Shown: one piece after another, positions 1-7,607 of the stretch | Numbering within the stretch: position 1 is the first letter of the stretch | Layout: the number at the start of each line of letters is the position of its first letter | NCBI GenBank assembly: GCA_963755915.1 | Contig: CAVWLP010000003.1 | Coordinates: forward strand, 211,784-275,783 | DNA length: 64,000 nucleotides | Direction of reading: 5' to 3' | Source: an uncultured Phycisphaerales bacterium | GTDB taxonomy: Bacteria; Planctomycetota; Phycisphaerae; Tepidisphaerales; Tepidisphaeraceae | Position numbers and translations under genes: made by a program | The notes under the pieces: generated by a model | The model's database searches: none | What the model was told of the DNA's origin: nothing | Seen by the model: only the letters and a program-made list of their open reading frames with translations

Positions 1-636
1 AGCGTGAATCCCAAGGTCATCGACGTTCCCAATCCGCAGTTCGGCCAGCCGACGATCGACGGCGTCTCCAAGGATGGAATTCAGCTTAAGGTGAAAGCCC
101 GCGTCACCGTCCGCACCAACATCCGTTCTCTCGTCGGCGGAGCGACCGAGGAAACGGTTGTCGCCCGCGTGGGGGAGGGAATCGTCAACGCCATCGGCTC
201 TGCCGCGGATTACAAGCATGTGCTGGAGAATCCGGACAACATCTCCAAGGCCGTGCTCGGCAAAGGCCTCGACGCCAACACGGCGTTTGAAATCCTCTCG
301 ATCGACATTGCCGAGATCACCGTCGGCGAAAACATCGGCGCGAAGCTGGCGGCCGATCGGGCCGAGTCGGACAAACGCCGCTTCCAGGCCGAGGCCGAGC
401 AGCGGCGCGCGATGGCCGTCGCGCAGGAGCAGGAGAACGTCGCCAACCAGGCGGCCAACCGCGCCATCGTCGTCCTGGCGGAAGCGGAAATCCCCAAGGC
501 GATGGCCGACGCCCTGCGCAGCGGGCATATCGGCGTGATGGACTATTACAAGCTGAAGAACATTCAATCGGATACGTCGATGCGCGAAGCGATCGCTAAG
601 CCCGGCGATCAGCAGGCGAAGCCACAGGGCTCTTGA
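1..636 (+). CDS. floA: flotillin-like protein FloA (UPF0365/YqfA family), C-terminal ~210 aa; the 5' end lies outside the window
   Basis: The ORF is open to the window edge. It has an SPFH-type core ([26 protein letters not shown]), an Ala/Glu/Gln-rich coiled coil and the tail [15 protein letters not shown] typical of FloA. Confidence 0.8.
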   Translation, partial: SVNPKVIDVPNPQFGQPTIDGVSKDGIQLKVKARVTVRTNIRSLVGGATEETVVARVGEGIVNAIGSAADYKHVLENPDNISKAVLGKGLDANTAFEILSIDIAEITVGENIGAKLAADRAESDKRRFQAEAEQRRAMAVAQEQENVANQAANRAIVVLAEAEIPKAMADALRSGHIGVMDYYKLKNIQSDTSMREAIAKPGDQQAKPQGS

Positions 637-637
637 T

Positions 638-1106
638 ATGGACCTGATCGAACTGATTGTCCGCGCACTGATCGCCCTGTTCTCTGGGGGGGACCAACAG
701 AGTCAGACGCCTACTCCGCCCGCCGCCCAGAACTCCTCCGCAAGCTCGCCGGCCCGGCGGAGGTCCGATGAATCGCCAAACTCAATATCCCCAGCGTCCG
801 CCGGCCACGGGTCGTGGACCCCAGCGCGGCGCTCCATCGCGCGGCGTGCCACAGCACGGCGCACCAACGCGTGGCGGACCACCGCGCGGCATGCCTCCGA
901 TTCCGCTACCTGCCGCCCCACCGCTGCCGGCAAGATCCGTGGCACAAAAACCGCAGGCCGCCGCGACTGTCGCCGCAGCTCCCCCACCTGCGATCACCGC
1001 AGCCGCCATCCGGCAGCTTCTTCTCTCGCGCCGGTCGGCGCTGCGGACGGTTTATGTGCTTTCTGAAGTTGTTGGTCCGCCGCTGGCTTTGCGGGAATCG
1101 GATTGA
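638..1106 (+). CDS. hypothetical Pro/Arg/Gly-rich protein; the reading frame is ambiguous because ORFs 638..1066 and 768..1106 overlap
   Basis: An ATG lies 2 nt after the floA stop and encodes a hydrophobic helix (MDLIELIVRALIALFSGG). A G7 run at 686-692 separates this from the frame of ORF 768..1106. That ORF has a protein-like C-terminus (AAIRQLLLSRRSALRTVYVLSEVVGPP). Confidence 0.35.
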
Positions 1107-1113
1107 AGATTTT

Positions 1114-1144
1114 TTAACCGCGAAGGTCGCGAAGAGCGCGAAGG
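1114..1144. repeat. solo copy of the short interspersed motif ttaaccgc-gaag-N-gcgaagagcgcgaag (family B)
   Basis: Near-identical strings recur at 3001-3032 (reverse), 7322-7353 and 7575-7599 (reverse). Confidence 0.6.
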
Positions 1145-1373
1145 GGATTTTTTTTGGGTGCCGCGGACATCGGTACAAAAGGTAACAGTCCGCAACAAGC
1201 TGGGTAATTTGGGTAGGCCAGATAAGACAAAATCGCGATTTTTGCCATATTATGCCATCGTATGAAGGCTTATGTGGTCGCAATTCCGGCCGCCCCATCG
1301 CTGAACCCTAATCCCGCCAGTTCTGAGCAATGGAGCTTGTGAGCTTACGTCCAGGTTCCACCGCTCATAATAT

Positions 1374-1979
1374 TCAAGTGGCTTTGGCAGGACCGCACAC
1401 GAGGGCAACAATGTGCTCTAGATGCTTGGGGAAGTTAGCAACCCAATCGTCGATTTCTCTTTGCAGCTTGGCCACCGTCTTTGTATCACCAAACGCCGTG
1501 GCTATCGCGATGCAACTAAGCAACGCAAAGATTCGCACCGTTGCGGTGAGCGCGGCAACATCCGCCACTGTCACCTTACTTACCACAAGATGTTCGATCA
1601 TACGACGGGCCAAATGAAATTCACGCGCTTCGGGTGCCACCTTAAAAAACTCTTGCACAATGTCGCAGATTTTCGGGAGCTCCGTTCCACCAACCTGCGC
1701 CCAAAATAGATCGCAAAAGTTCTGTGATTCGGAGACTGGAAGATAATTGTGGTCGCCGGCGAATCCGGAAACGCTACCGAGTTGAAACGCCTTCAGCAGC
1801 AATTCGACGTCGCTCGGTAGTTCGGGAGCCAGTTCCATTTGCGCATCGCGAAGGATCACGCAAAAGTCGACGAACCATCCCCTTCGAGCATTTTCAAAGC
1901 CCACGGCGATGCACTGGGAAATGTCACCCCACTCCTCGCGCTTGGGGTAACGCTTGAATAAGTTGTGCAGAAATCCCAC
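1374..1979 (-). CDS. hypothetical protein (201 aa, predicted helical), third gene of a three-gene cassette
   Basis: GTG start with AAGGA 8 nt upstream, 9 nt after the stop of the preceding gene. I recognise no family. Confidence 0.55.
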   Translation of the reverse strand: MGFLHNLFKRYPKREEWGDISQCIAVGFENARRGWFVDFCVILRDAQMELAPELPSDVELLLKAFQLGSVSGFAGDHNYLPVSESQNFCDLFWAQVGGTELPKICDIVQEFFKVAPEAREFHLARRMIEHLVVSKVTVADVAALTATVRIFALLSCIAIATAFGDTKTVAKLQREIDDWVANFPKHLEHIVALVCGPAKAT

Positions 1980-1988
1980 GACGTGTCC

Positions 1989-2249
1989 TTATTTTGGCGG
2001 CAGACCAAGGTTCTTTCGTGCAAGTGCCTCCAAACGCGCGTCAAAGGGTTTCCTAAATGCGTCGTCAGCGGCAATCGCCGAATTCAGATTTTCGTTTGCC
2101 AAGTCCACCGCAGCCCTCGACTCCGCGCTTTCTTCTGCCGTGTTGCGAAGGTACGCCCGCGTCACGGTATCTTTGGCCGCTTCGACCTTGGCGTTCGATT
2201 CGTCGAGCGCTTTTAGTTCGGCCGGTGTAAGAATATCTGAAAGTTCCAT
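1989..2249 (-). CDS. hypothetical small helical protein (86 aa), middle gene of the cassette
   Basis: ATG lies 18 nt after the upstream stop. The sequence is charged and Ala/Glu-rich with no recognisable domain. Confidence 0.5.
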   Translation of the reverse strand: MELSDILTPAELKALDESNAKVEAAKDTVTRAYLRNTAEESAESRAAVDLANENLNSAIAADDAFRKPFDARLEALARKNLGLPPK

Positions 2250-2267
2250 ATTTCTTCGTCCATGAGC

Positions 2268-2600
2268 TCAGGCCGCGTCGTCGATCTTCAGCTCGCTCGT
2301 GCTAAATCGCACGATCAAGAATTTGGCCGGGCGGGAAAATTCCCACCGCTTCTCTACCGCGAAAACGGCAATCTGCTCGAAGTCGCCGGACACGAGTTGC
2401 CGAAATCGATCTGTATCGAGAGGGCGCATCTCCTCTATCGAGAAAGGTTCGCTAACACGTAACTTGTAAACTGCGCCCGTCGCTTCGGAACGGAGGAAAA
2501 TCTCGTAAGTATCGCCCCTGCGCCCCGTGGCGACCGTCTGGAAATTTTGAACCTTGGGCGAGAGGATTCTCGTTGGTGGTAATGGTCGTCTGTCGCTCAT
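2268..2600 (-). CDS. hypothetical protein (110 aa), first gene of the cassette
   Basis: ATG preceded by GGAGGA at -6. I recognise no family. Confidence 0.55.
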   Translation of the reverse strand: MSDRRPLPPTRILSPKVQNFQTVATGRRGDTYEIFLRSEATGAVYKLRVSEPFSIEEMRPLDTDRFRQLVSGDFEQIAVFAVEKRWEFSRPAKFLIVRFSTSELKIDDAA

Positions 2601-2714
2601 GGTCCATCCTCCGTTGCTAATTGCCGGGAGTATGTGGGGAATCCCCTTCGGTCTATCGCCGCTGTGGGATATTCCCTTTAATCCCCAATCGTAATTTTAT
2701 TTGTTATCACCAAT

Positions 2715-3035
2715 GGATATAGGACGCGAAGAAATAAGGGACCACAGATTACGCGGATGGACGCGGATAAAGCCAAATAAATCGTTTCTGAATTCTTATC
2801 CGCGAAATCCGTGAAATCCGCGGTTCAATCGTATTTCATGGCGACCTCAATTGAAGGCAGAATGTCGGTAGCGCACAAATCGGACCCCCTCCCTAACCCG
2901 CGCTGCGCGAGAGAGTAGAGCAGTTGAGAGTAGAACAGTAGAAAAATACAAATCTCAGGCGATAGTGGGGGTGGGGAAATGAGGGGCGCGCGGCAGGTCT
3001 CTTCTTCGCGCTCTTCGCGTCTTGGCGGTTAAAAA
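2715..3035. repeat. composite palindromic interspersed repeat (families A+C+B), copy 1
   Basis: Starts gatataggacgcgaagaaataagggaccacagattacgcggatgg, contains ttcttatccgcgaaatccgtgaaatccgcggtt and a C-rich/G-rich palindrome, and ends cttcttcgcgctcttcgcgtcttggcggttaa. By eye it is collinear with 4899-5185. Confidence 0.75.
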
Positions 3036-3063
3036 TCTGCTTTCCGATCCGGCGAATTGGGGT

Positions 3064-3733
3064 TCACTTCTCGGTTCTGCCTCTGGCTAGGGCGCACTGT
3101 CCATGCCTTGTCAACTTCCACAACGGCACTGCGAGTGCCGCCCCCAGAATTGGCGCGGTGAGATAAACCCACAGTCCGGCGAGATGCCCCGACACGACGG
3201 CGGGCGCGAGAACGGGCGGGATTCATGGACGCGCCACAAATCGGACCGGCGAACATTGCTTCCAGGCCGATGATCCCGCCCACGGCGATTCCTGCCATCA
3301 CGCCGGTTTCCTTCGGGCCGGTGGACACATTCAGGATGACGAGCATAAGCAGGCCGGTCAGGACGGCCTCCAGCGCGAACGATTGCCACGGCGAGCCTGC
3401 GGGAATGGTCGCGCCCAACGCGGCGCGGTTGCCGAACATGGCGAGCAATGCGCCGCTCGCGACAAACGCCCCAAATAGCTGGGAGACGATGTACGGCACG
3501 ACGTGCCGGGTGGGAAGACGACGCGACAGCCAAAAGCCAATGGTCACCGCCGGGTTTAAGTGGGCGCCCGATACATCGCCAAACGTGTAGATCATCGCCA
3601 TCACAATCAGGCCGAAGGTCATGGCGACCCCGACATGCGTAACGGCATGGGTCAGATCGTCAATCACAATCGCGCCGGTGCCCGCGAACACCAAGGCAAA
3701 CGTCCCTATGGCCTCCGCAACGTAGCGTCTCAT
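3064..3733 (-). CDS. MIP-family aquaporin/aquaglyceroporin (AqpS/GlpF-like) with a frame disruption near 3207
   Basis: Both NPA boxes are present (HLNPAVT, SMNPARS). After NPARS the annotated frame turns Arg-rich. The adjacent frame reads APAVVSGHLAGLWVYLTAPILGAALAVPLWKL and stops at 3064-3066. The ATG at 3733 overlaps the arsC TGA as ATGA. Confidence 0.8.
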
Positions 3734-4155
3734 TCGGGAATCCACTTTCGCATGGCTTCATCAATTTCATCGCGAACGCGGCGAAATACTTCGAGCCGTT
3801 CGGATTCGCTTCCGGCGGCGGCGGCAGGGTCATCAAACGGCATGAAGGTTCGGGAGAACGCGCCGGGCCAGAGGCGCGGGCAGGACTGATTGGCATTATC
3901 GCAAACGATCAGCACGTGGCGCACCGGCGACTTGCCCAGAAAATCGCGGACATCTTTGGGCCGCCGGCCGCTGATGTCGATTCCGATTTCGTTCATCACC
4001 CGCACGGCCAGCGGATGTACCTCTGACTTTGGCTGTGTGCCGGCACTGGCGGCAGAGAAGTCATCCGCTTTGTACTTCTTCAAGAATGCCTCGGCCATCT
4101 GGCTACGCGCGGAATTGCCCGTACACAGCACCAGGATCATGGGTTTGTCATCCAT
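3730..4155 (-). CDS. arsC: arsenate reductase, LMW-PTP/thioredoxin-coupled type
   Basis: CTGNSARS P-loop (ILVLCTGNSARSQMAE), a downstream Cys pair (VCDNANQSCP) and a length of 141 aa. Confidence 0.8.
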   Translation of the reverse strand: MDDKPMILVLCTGNSARSQMAEAFLKKYKADDFSAASAGTQPKSEVHPLAVRVMNEIGIDISGRRPKDVRDFLGKSPVRHVLIVCDNANQSCPRLWPGAFSRTFMPFDDPAAAAGSESERLEVFRRVRDEIDEAMRKWIPE

Positions 4156-4213
4156 ACGGATTTCCGGATAAAGCCACGCGGCGGTTGTGAACCTGCCGCG
4201 TGGGAAATGCTGT

Positions 4214-4291
4214 CTACTTTTTGGTTCCGCACGGACAGCCGGGCGGACACTCCGGACAGCAAGAGCAGCAGGTGCAGGACAAAGCAGTCAT
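4214..4291 (-). CDS. 25-aa cysteine-rich peptide (MTALSCTCCSCCPECPPGCPCGTKK), metallothionein-like; below the ORF-track size cutoff
   Basis: Hand translation gives ATG at 4291 with GAGGTG 4 nt upstream and TAG at 4214-4216. 8 of 25 residues are Cys. It sits between the MerR-type promoter and arsC. Confidence 0.5.
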   Translation of the reverse strand: MTALSCTCCSCCPECPPGCPCGTKK

Positions 4292-4358
4292 GGCACACCT
4301 CATGGTTAGAGACGGCCCGGAAGCCATCGCGCGATGGCACAGTTCCGAACCTTGTCAC

Positions 4359-4390
4359 AGTGTAGAGGTTGCACCTTAGTGCAAGGTCAA
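4359..4390 (-). promoter_or_regulatory. MerR-type promoter: -35 TTGACC, 20-nt spacer containing the dyad TTGCAC-TAAG-GTGCAA, -10 TACACT
   Basis: Read on the minus strand: TTGACC (4390-4385), spacer ttgcactaaggtgcaacctc (4384-4365), TACACT (4364-4359). It overlaps the stop codon of the MerR-family gene. Confidence 0.55.
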
Positions 4391-4833
4391 GGGCTTGCGC
4401 GTAGAACAGCGCGGCGACGTGCAAATCGCGGATTTGCCGGTCTTGATTCGCTCGATTTCGTTGCACCAGTCGGGGCCGCCCTTGCAGCAGGATTTCAAGG
4501 CAATGGACAAGGCCCGGTCTATGCGCTTCAATTCGCCGAGGCGCTGCTTCACATCCGCAAGGCGGCGCTGAATAGCGCGGCGACTTCATCGCATGGCGGT
4601 TCATCCGAGTAGGTCAATGCGAGCATTTCGCGAACGTCCTTCAAGCTGAATCCGGTCGCCTGCGCGGCGCGGATAAACTTCAGTCGTTCGGCAGCGCGAG
4701 AGGTGTACGTGCGGTAGTTAGCCTGGGTGCGGGCATCCGGCTTTAACAATCCCCGGCGTTCATAGAACCTGACCGTGGAAGTGGGAACGCCGGCAGCCCT
4801 GGCAAGCTCGCCAATTGTCATTGCGTCTTTCAT
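4376..4833 (-). CDS. MerR-family transcriptional regulator with a Cys-rich C-terminus; frame disruption near 4572
   Basis: N-terminal HTH MTIGELARAAGVPTSTVRFYERRGLL. The annotated ORF stops at 4549. The adjacent frame continues QRRLADVKQRLGELKRIDRALSIALKSCCKGGPDWCNEIERIK (dimerisation helix plus metal-binding Cys) and stops at 4376-4378. Confidence 0.75.
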
Positions 4834-4898
4834 CGTACCCTGGACATCTTTTGGGCGGGCGCGTCGAAAAGCAAGTTGAAACGGCACGCTTCAAAACA

Positions 4899-5185
4899 GA
4901 TATAGGACGAAAAGAAATAAAAGACCACGGATTACGCGGATGGACTTCGACGAGCGCTCAGTCGAGCGGCACGGATGAAGACAAAGAAATCGTTTTTGAA
5001 TTCTTATCCGCGAAATCCGTGAAATCCGCGGTTGAATTAAATTTCCTGGGGATCTAGATGTAGGGCGGAATGCAGATGGCCCGTGAACCACCCCCCCCTC
5101 CCTAGCCCTCCCCCGGAGTACCGGGGGCGGGGAAATATGAGAGGGAGAGTGCGGCGAGTTTTTTCTTCGCGCTCGAATCCGCGTA
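4899..5185. repeat. composite palindromic interspersed repeat (families A+C+B), copy 2
   Basis: Same order and roughly 85% identity by eye to 2715-3035. It carries an extra arm ggatggacttcgacgagcgctcagtcgagcgg and the hairpin ccctcccccggagtaccgggggcgggg. Confidence 0.75.
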
Positions 5186-6082
5186 ACGCTGCCAGGCATC
5201 TGCATGGCCGGCGGGCTTTACCCGGCGCCCGTGCAGAATCTCGGCGATAATCTCGACCGTCTCGACGATGGTCGTCCCCGAGCGATTGAAATAGAGATTT
5301 CCATCCGCCACGGCGACTTGACCGCTTCTGACGGCTTTGAGCTGGTCCCATCCTGGCCGACCCTGGAGCATCGGCAACTCACGAAGCGTTTTCTCGATGG
5401 CGTAGCCGCAGGGGGCGATGATTAAGTGGTCGGGGTCGGCGTCGCGCACGGATTCCCAGGAAATCGGGCGGGAATATTGTCCCTTTTCTCCAAGCAACAG
5501 CCAGCCGTTGGCGGCTTCGACGAGTTCGGGTCCCCAATTGCCCATTGAAAAGATCGGGTCAGTCCACTCGAGCATGACGACCGTCGGTGTGGGCCGGTCT
5601 TGTACCGCTTCCGTGACGGCTTGGATGCGGGCTCGCATTTGGGCGACGAGCGTTTCGCCCGCCGCGCCAAGATTCATCGCCTGGGCGACGCTTCTGACGC
5701 CTGCAAAGATCCCATCGACGGAGCCGGCGGTGAGGGCCAACACCTGCGGGGCGAGGAGGCCGCAACCGGCGCGCTGGACATCCTGCGGCGTGACCGCGCA
5801 TACCTCGCAGTGCGCCTGTGCAATCAGCAGATCGGGGCGCAGTTCGCGGATGAGGTCCGAATCCACGTGGTAAAGCGGCTCGCCGGCCTTGAGCCGGCGC
5901 CGTACCTCGGCGTCTATCTTCACGCTGGGCATGTTGACATCGAACGCCGCCCTGGTGCAGGCCGGCAGCTTTCGGACCCAGGGCGGGTTATCGCATTCAT
6001 GAGATCGACCCACCAGCGAATCGCCGGCACCGAGGGCACAGACGATTTCCGTCGCGCTGGCTAGAAGTGAAATCACTCTCAT
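5102..6082 (-). CDS. BtuF/TroA-like cobalamin- or metal-chelate-binding protein without a signal peptide
   Basis: MRVISLLASATEIVCALGAGDSLVGRSHECDNP and DPDHLIIAPCGY are typical of periplasmic-binding-protein type 2. The C-terminal ~20 aa run into the repeat at 5102-5160. Confidence 0.6.
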   Translation of the reverse strand: MRVISLLASATEIVCALGAGDSLVGRSHECDNPPWVRKLPACTRAAFDVNMPSVKIDAEVRRRLKAGEPLYHVDSDLIRELRPDLLIAQAHCEVCAVTPQDVQRAGCGLLAPQVLALTAGSVDGIFAGVRSVAQAMNLGAAGETLVAQMRARIQAVTEAVQDRPTPTVVMLEWTDPIFSMGNWGPELVEAANGWLLLGEKGQYSRPISWESVRDADPDHLIIAPCGYAIEKTLRELPMLQGRPGWDQLKAVRSGQVAVADGNLYFNRSGTTIVETVEIIAEILHGRRVKPAGHADAWQRYADSSAKKKLAALSLSYFPAPGTPGEG

Positions 6083-6096
6083 GGCTGGTTCACCTC

Positions 6097-6819
6097 TTAC
6101 ACCGGTGGAATCATTTCCGCCACCGGCGCCGGCGACGCTTGCGCTCCCTCGGGCAGAAGGTCGGCATAATATCGGCCGTCCCGGATCACGGTCTCACCCA
6201 CCCGCACGGCCACGGGGCGGTGGAAAATGGGGCCGTCGTAAACGAAGGAGTGAAATTCACCGTACTCGCCGCAGGGGTCGATTCCGGGCGGCAGATCGCG
6301 CAGAAATTCGGCGTCGAAGGGCCTGCCGACAAATCCCGGTCCCACCTTCCCCTCAACGCAGGAAATGAAGGCCTTGAATCCCATCGCGATCACCTCGCGG
6401 GCTAACTGGGTCGTGTCCCGCTTCCAAACGGGAAAAACTCCCCGCATACCGGCCTTGGCCAGATTGGCCTCACGCCAGGCCCGAAGGTCTTCCAGAAACA
6501 GATCTCCAAAGGCGACGGTTTGGACGCCCCGCGCCTGAAATTTGGCCAGCGCATCGCCCATGATCTGCTCAAAAATTTCGTTGGTGCAGGGATGGGAGCC
6601 GCCGGATGGGAAGTAGATTTTTTCCAGGGCGATGCCGAGCGCTTCGGCCTGCTGGTCGAGAAGAATTTCGCGCACGCCGTGATGGCTGATCCTGCGATAT
6701 TCTTCGGATACAGAAACGAGCAGCGCCACGATTTCGTACTGGCCGCTCTTGAGCAGCTCATAAACGGCCATGGCGCTGTCTTTACCGCCGCTCCAGGACA
6801 TGATCACAGGCGTCTTCAT
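6097..6819 (-). CDS. PP-loop ATP pyrophosphatase of the Dph6/MJ0570 (DUF71) family
   Basis: N-terminal SWSGGKDS PP-loop; a later GEYGEFHSFV motif is typical of this family. Confidence 0.7.
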   Translation of the reverse strand: MKTPVIMSWSGGKDSAMAVYELLKSGQYEIVALLVSVSEEYRRISHHGVREILLDQQAEALGIALEKIYFPSGGSHPCTNEIFEQIMGDALAKFQARGVQTVAFGDLFLEDLRAWREANLAKAGMRGVFPVWKRDTTQLAREVIAMGFKAFISCVEGKVGPGFVGRPFDAEFLRDLPPGIDPCGEYGEFHSFVYDGPIFHRPVAVRVGETVIRDGRYYADLLPEGAQASPAPVAEMIPPV

Positions 6820-6864
6820 CTACTCTTCTCCCGATGGCACGAACCACGGCTCGCTTAACTCTAC

Positions 6865-7257
6865 TTACACGGCCGAGAATTTGTCCAGGCATGACGGACA
6901 GAGACAACCTTGGTAATCCTGCTCCAGCCGCTTAAGCGTATCGGGGCTGAGGCGAACGGTCTCGCACCAGCAACCGCCATCCGTGCAACAGTCAAAGCCG
7001 TTGCCACACTTCGGACAGACTTTCGCTTGCACGCGTGCGGGACATTCGGCACTGGCAGGCTTACTGTTTGGATACGGACAGTTTCGGCAGCCACTGCCGC
7101 AGCACGAGCCGCGAGCGAGAAGGAAATCGCGCGAGATCGCACCATCCTCGTCAAGAAATGGAAGCAATTGGCCTGCACAAGTTTCACAAACCTCGCGGGA
7201 CAATGTCTGACGGACCGCCAGGCACTTTGGGCAGAATCGAAGGATCCTTAGCGGCAT
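6865..7257 (-). CDS. cysteine-rich protein: DUF5522-like N-terminal part fused to a Cys-rich CWC domain
   Basis: RGSCCGSGCRNCPY followed by CPKCGNGFDCCTDGGCWCETV...CLCPSCL. It has 23 Cys in 130 aa. Confidence 0.6.
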   Translation of the reverse strand: MPLRILRFCPKCLAVRQTLSREVCETCAGQLLPFLDEDGAISRDFLLARGSCCGSGCRNCPYPNSKPASAECPARVQAKVCPKCGNGFDCCTDGGCWCETVRLSPDTLKRLEQDYQGCLCPSCLDKFSAV

Positions 7258-7321
7258 TATTTTGCATGTTACCTGCTATCGATATCCGGTCCAGCTTAGA
7301 GCGGTTGCGATTGAAACGCGT

Positions 7322-7599
7322 TTAACCGCCAAAACGCCAAGGTCGCCAGGAAAGAAAAGATTTGGAACCGCGGATTGCGCGGATGGACTTCGGCGAGCGC
7401 TCAGTCGAGCCGCGCGGATAAAGGCAAAGAGACCGTCCTCGAATTCTTATCCGTGCCGGCTCGACTGAGCGCTCGCCGAAGTCCATCCGTGAAATCAGTG
7501 GTTATTTTTGTATATTCTTCGCGCGGTTCGACTGCCTTCGGTTCTGAGGCTCAGGCTCGAAGAGAGCTCACCGAAGTCTCTTGGCGTCCTGGTGGTTAA
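7322..7599. repeat. MITE-like element: imperfect TTAACC terminal inverted repeats enclosing a perfect 32-bp inverted repeat (7380-7411 / 7456-7487)
   Basis: ttaaccgccaaaacgcc at the left end matches ttaaccaccaggacgcc (reverse complement of the right end) at 14/17. Internal arms ggatggacttcggcgagcgctcagtcgagccg and cggctcgactgagcgctcgccgaagtccatcc are exact reverse complements. Confidence 0.8.
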
Positions 7600-7607
7600 A
7601 AATCTTT

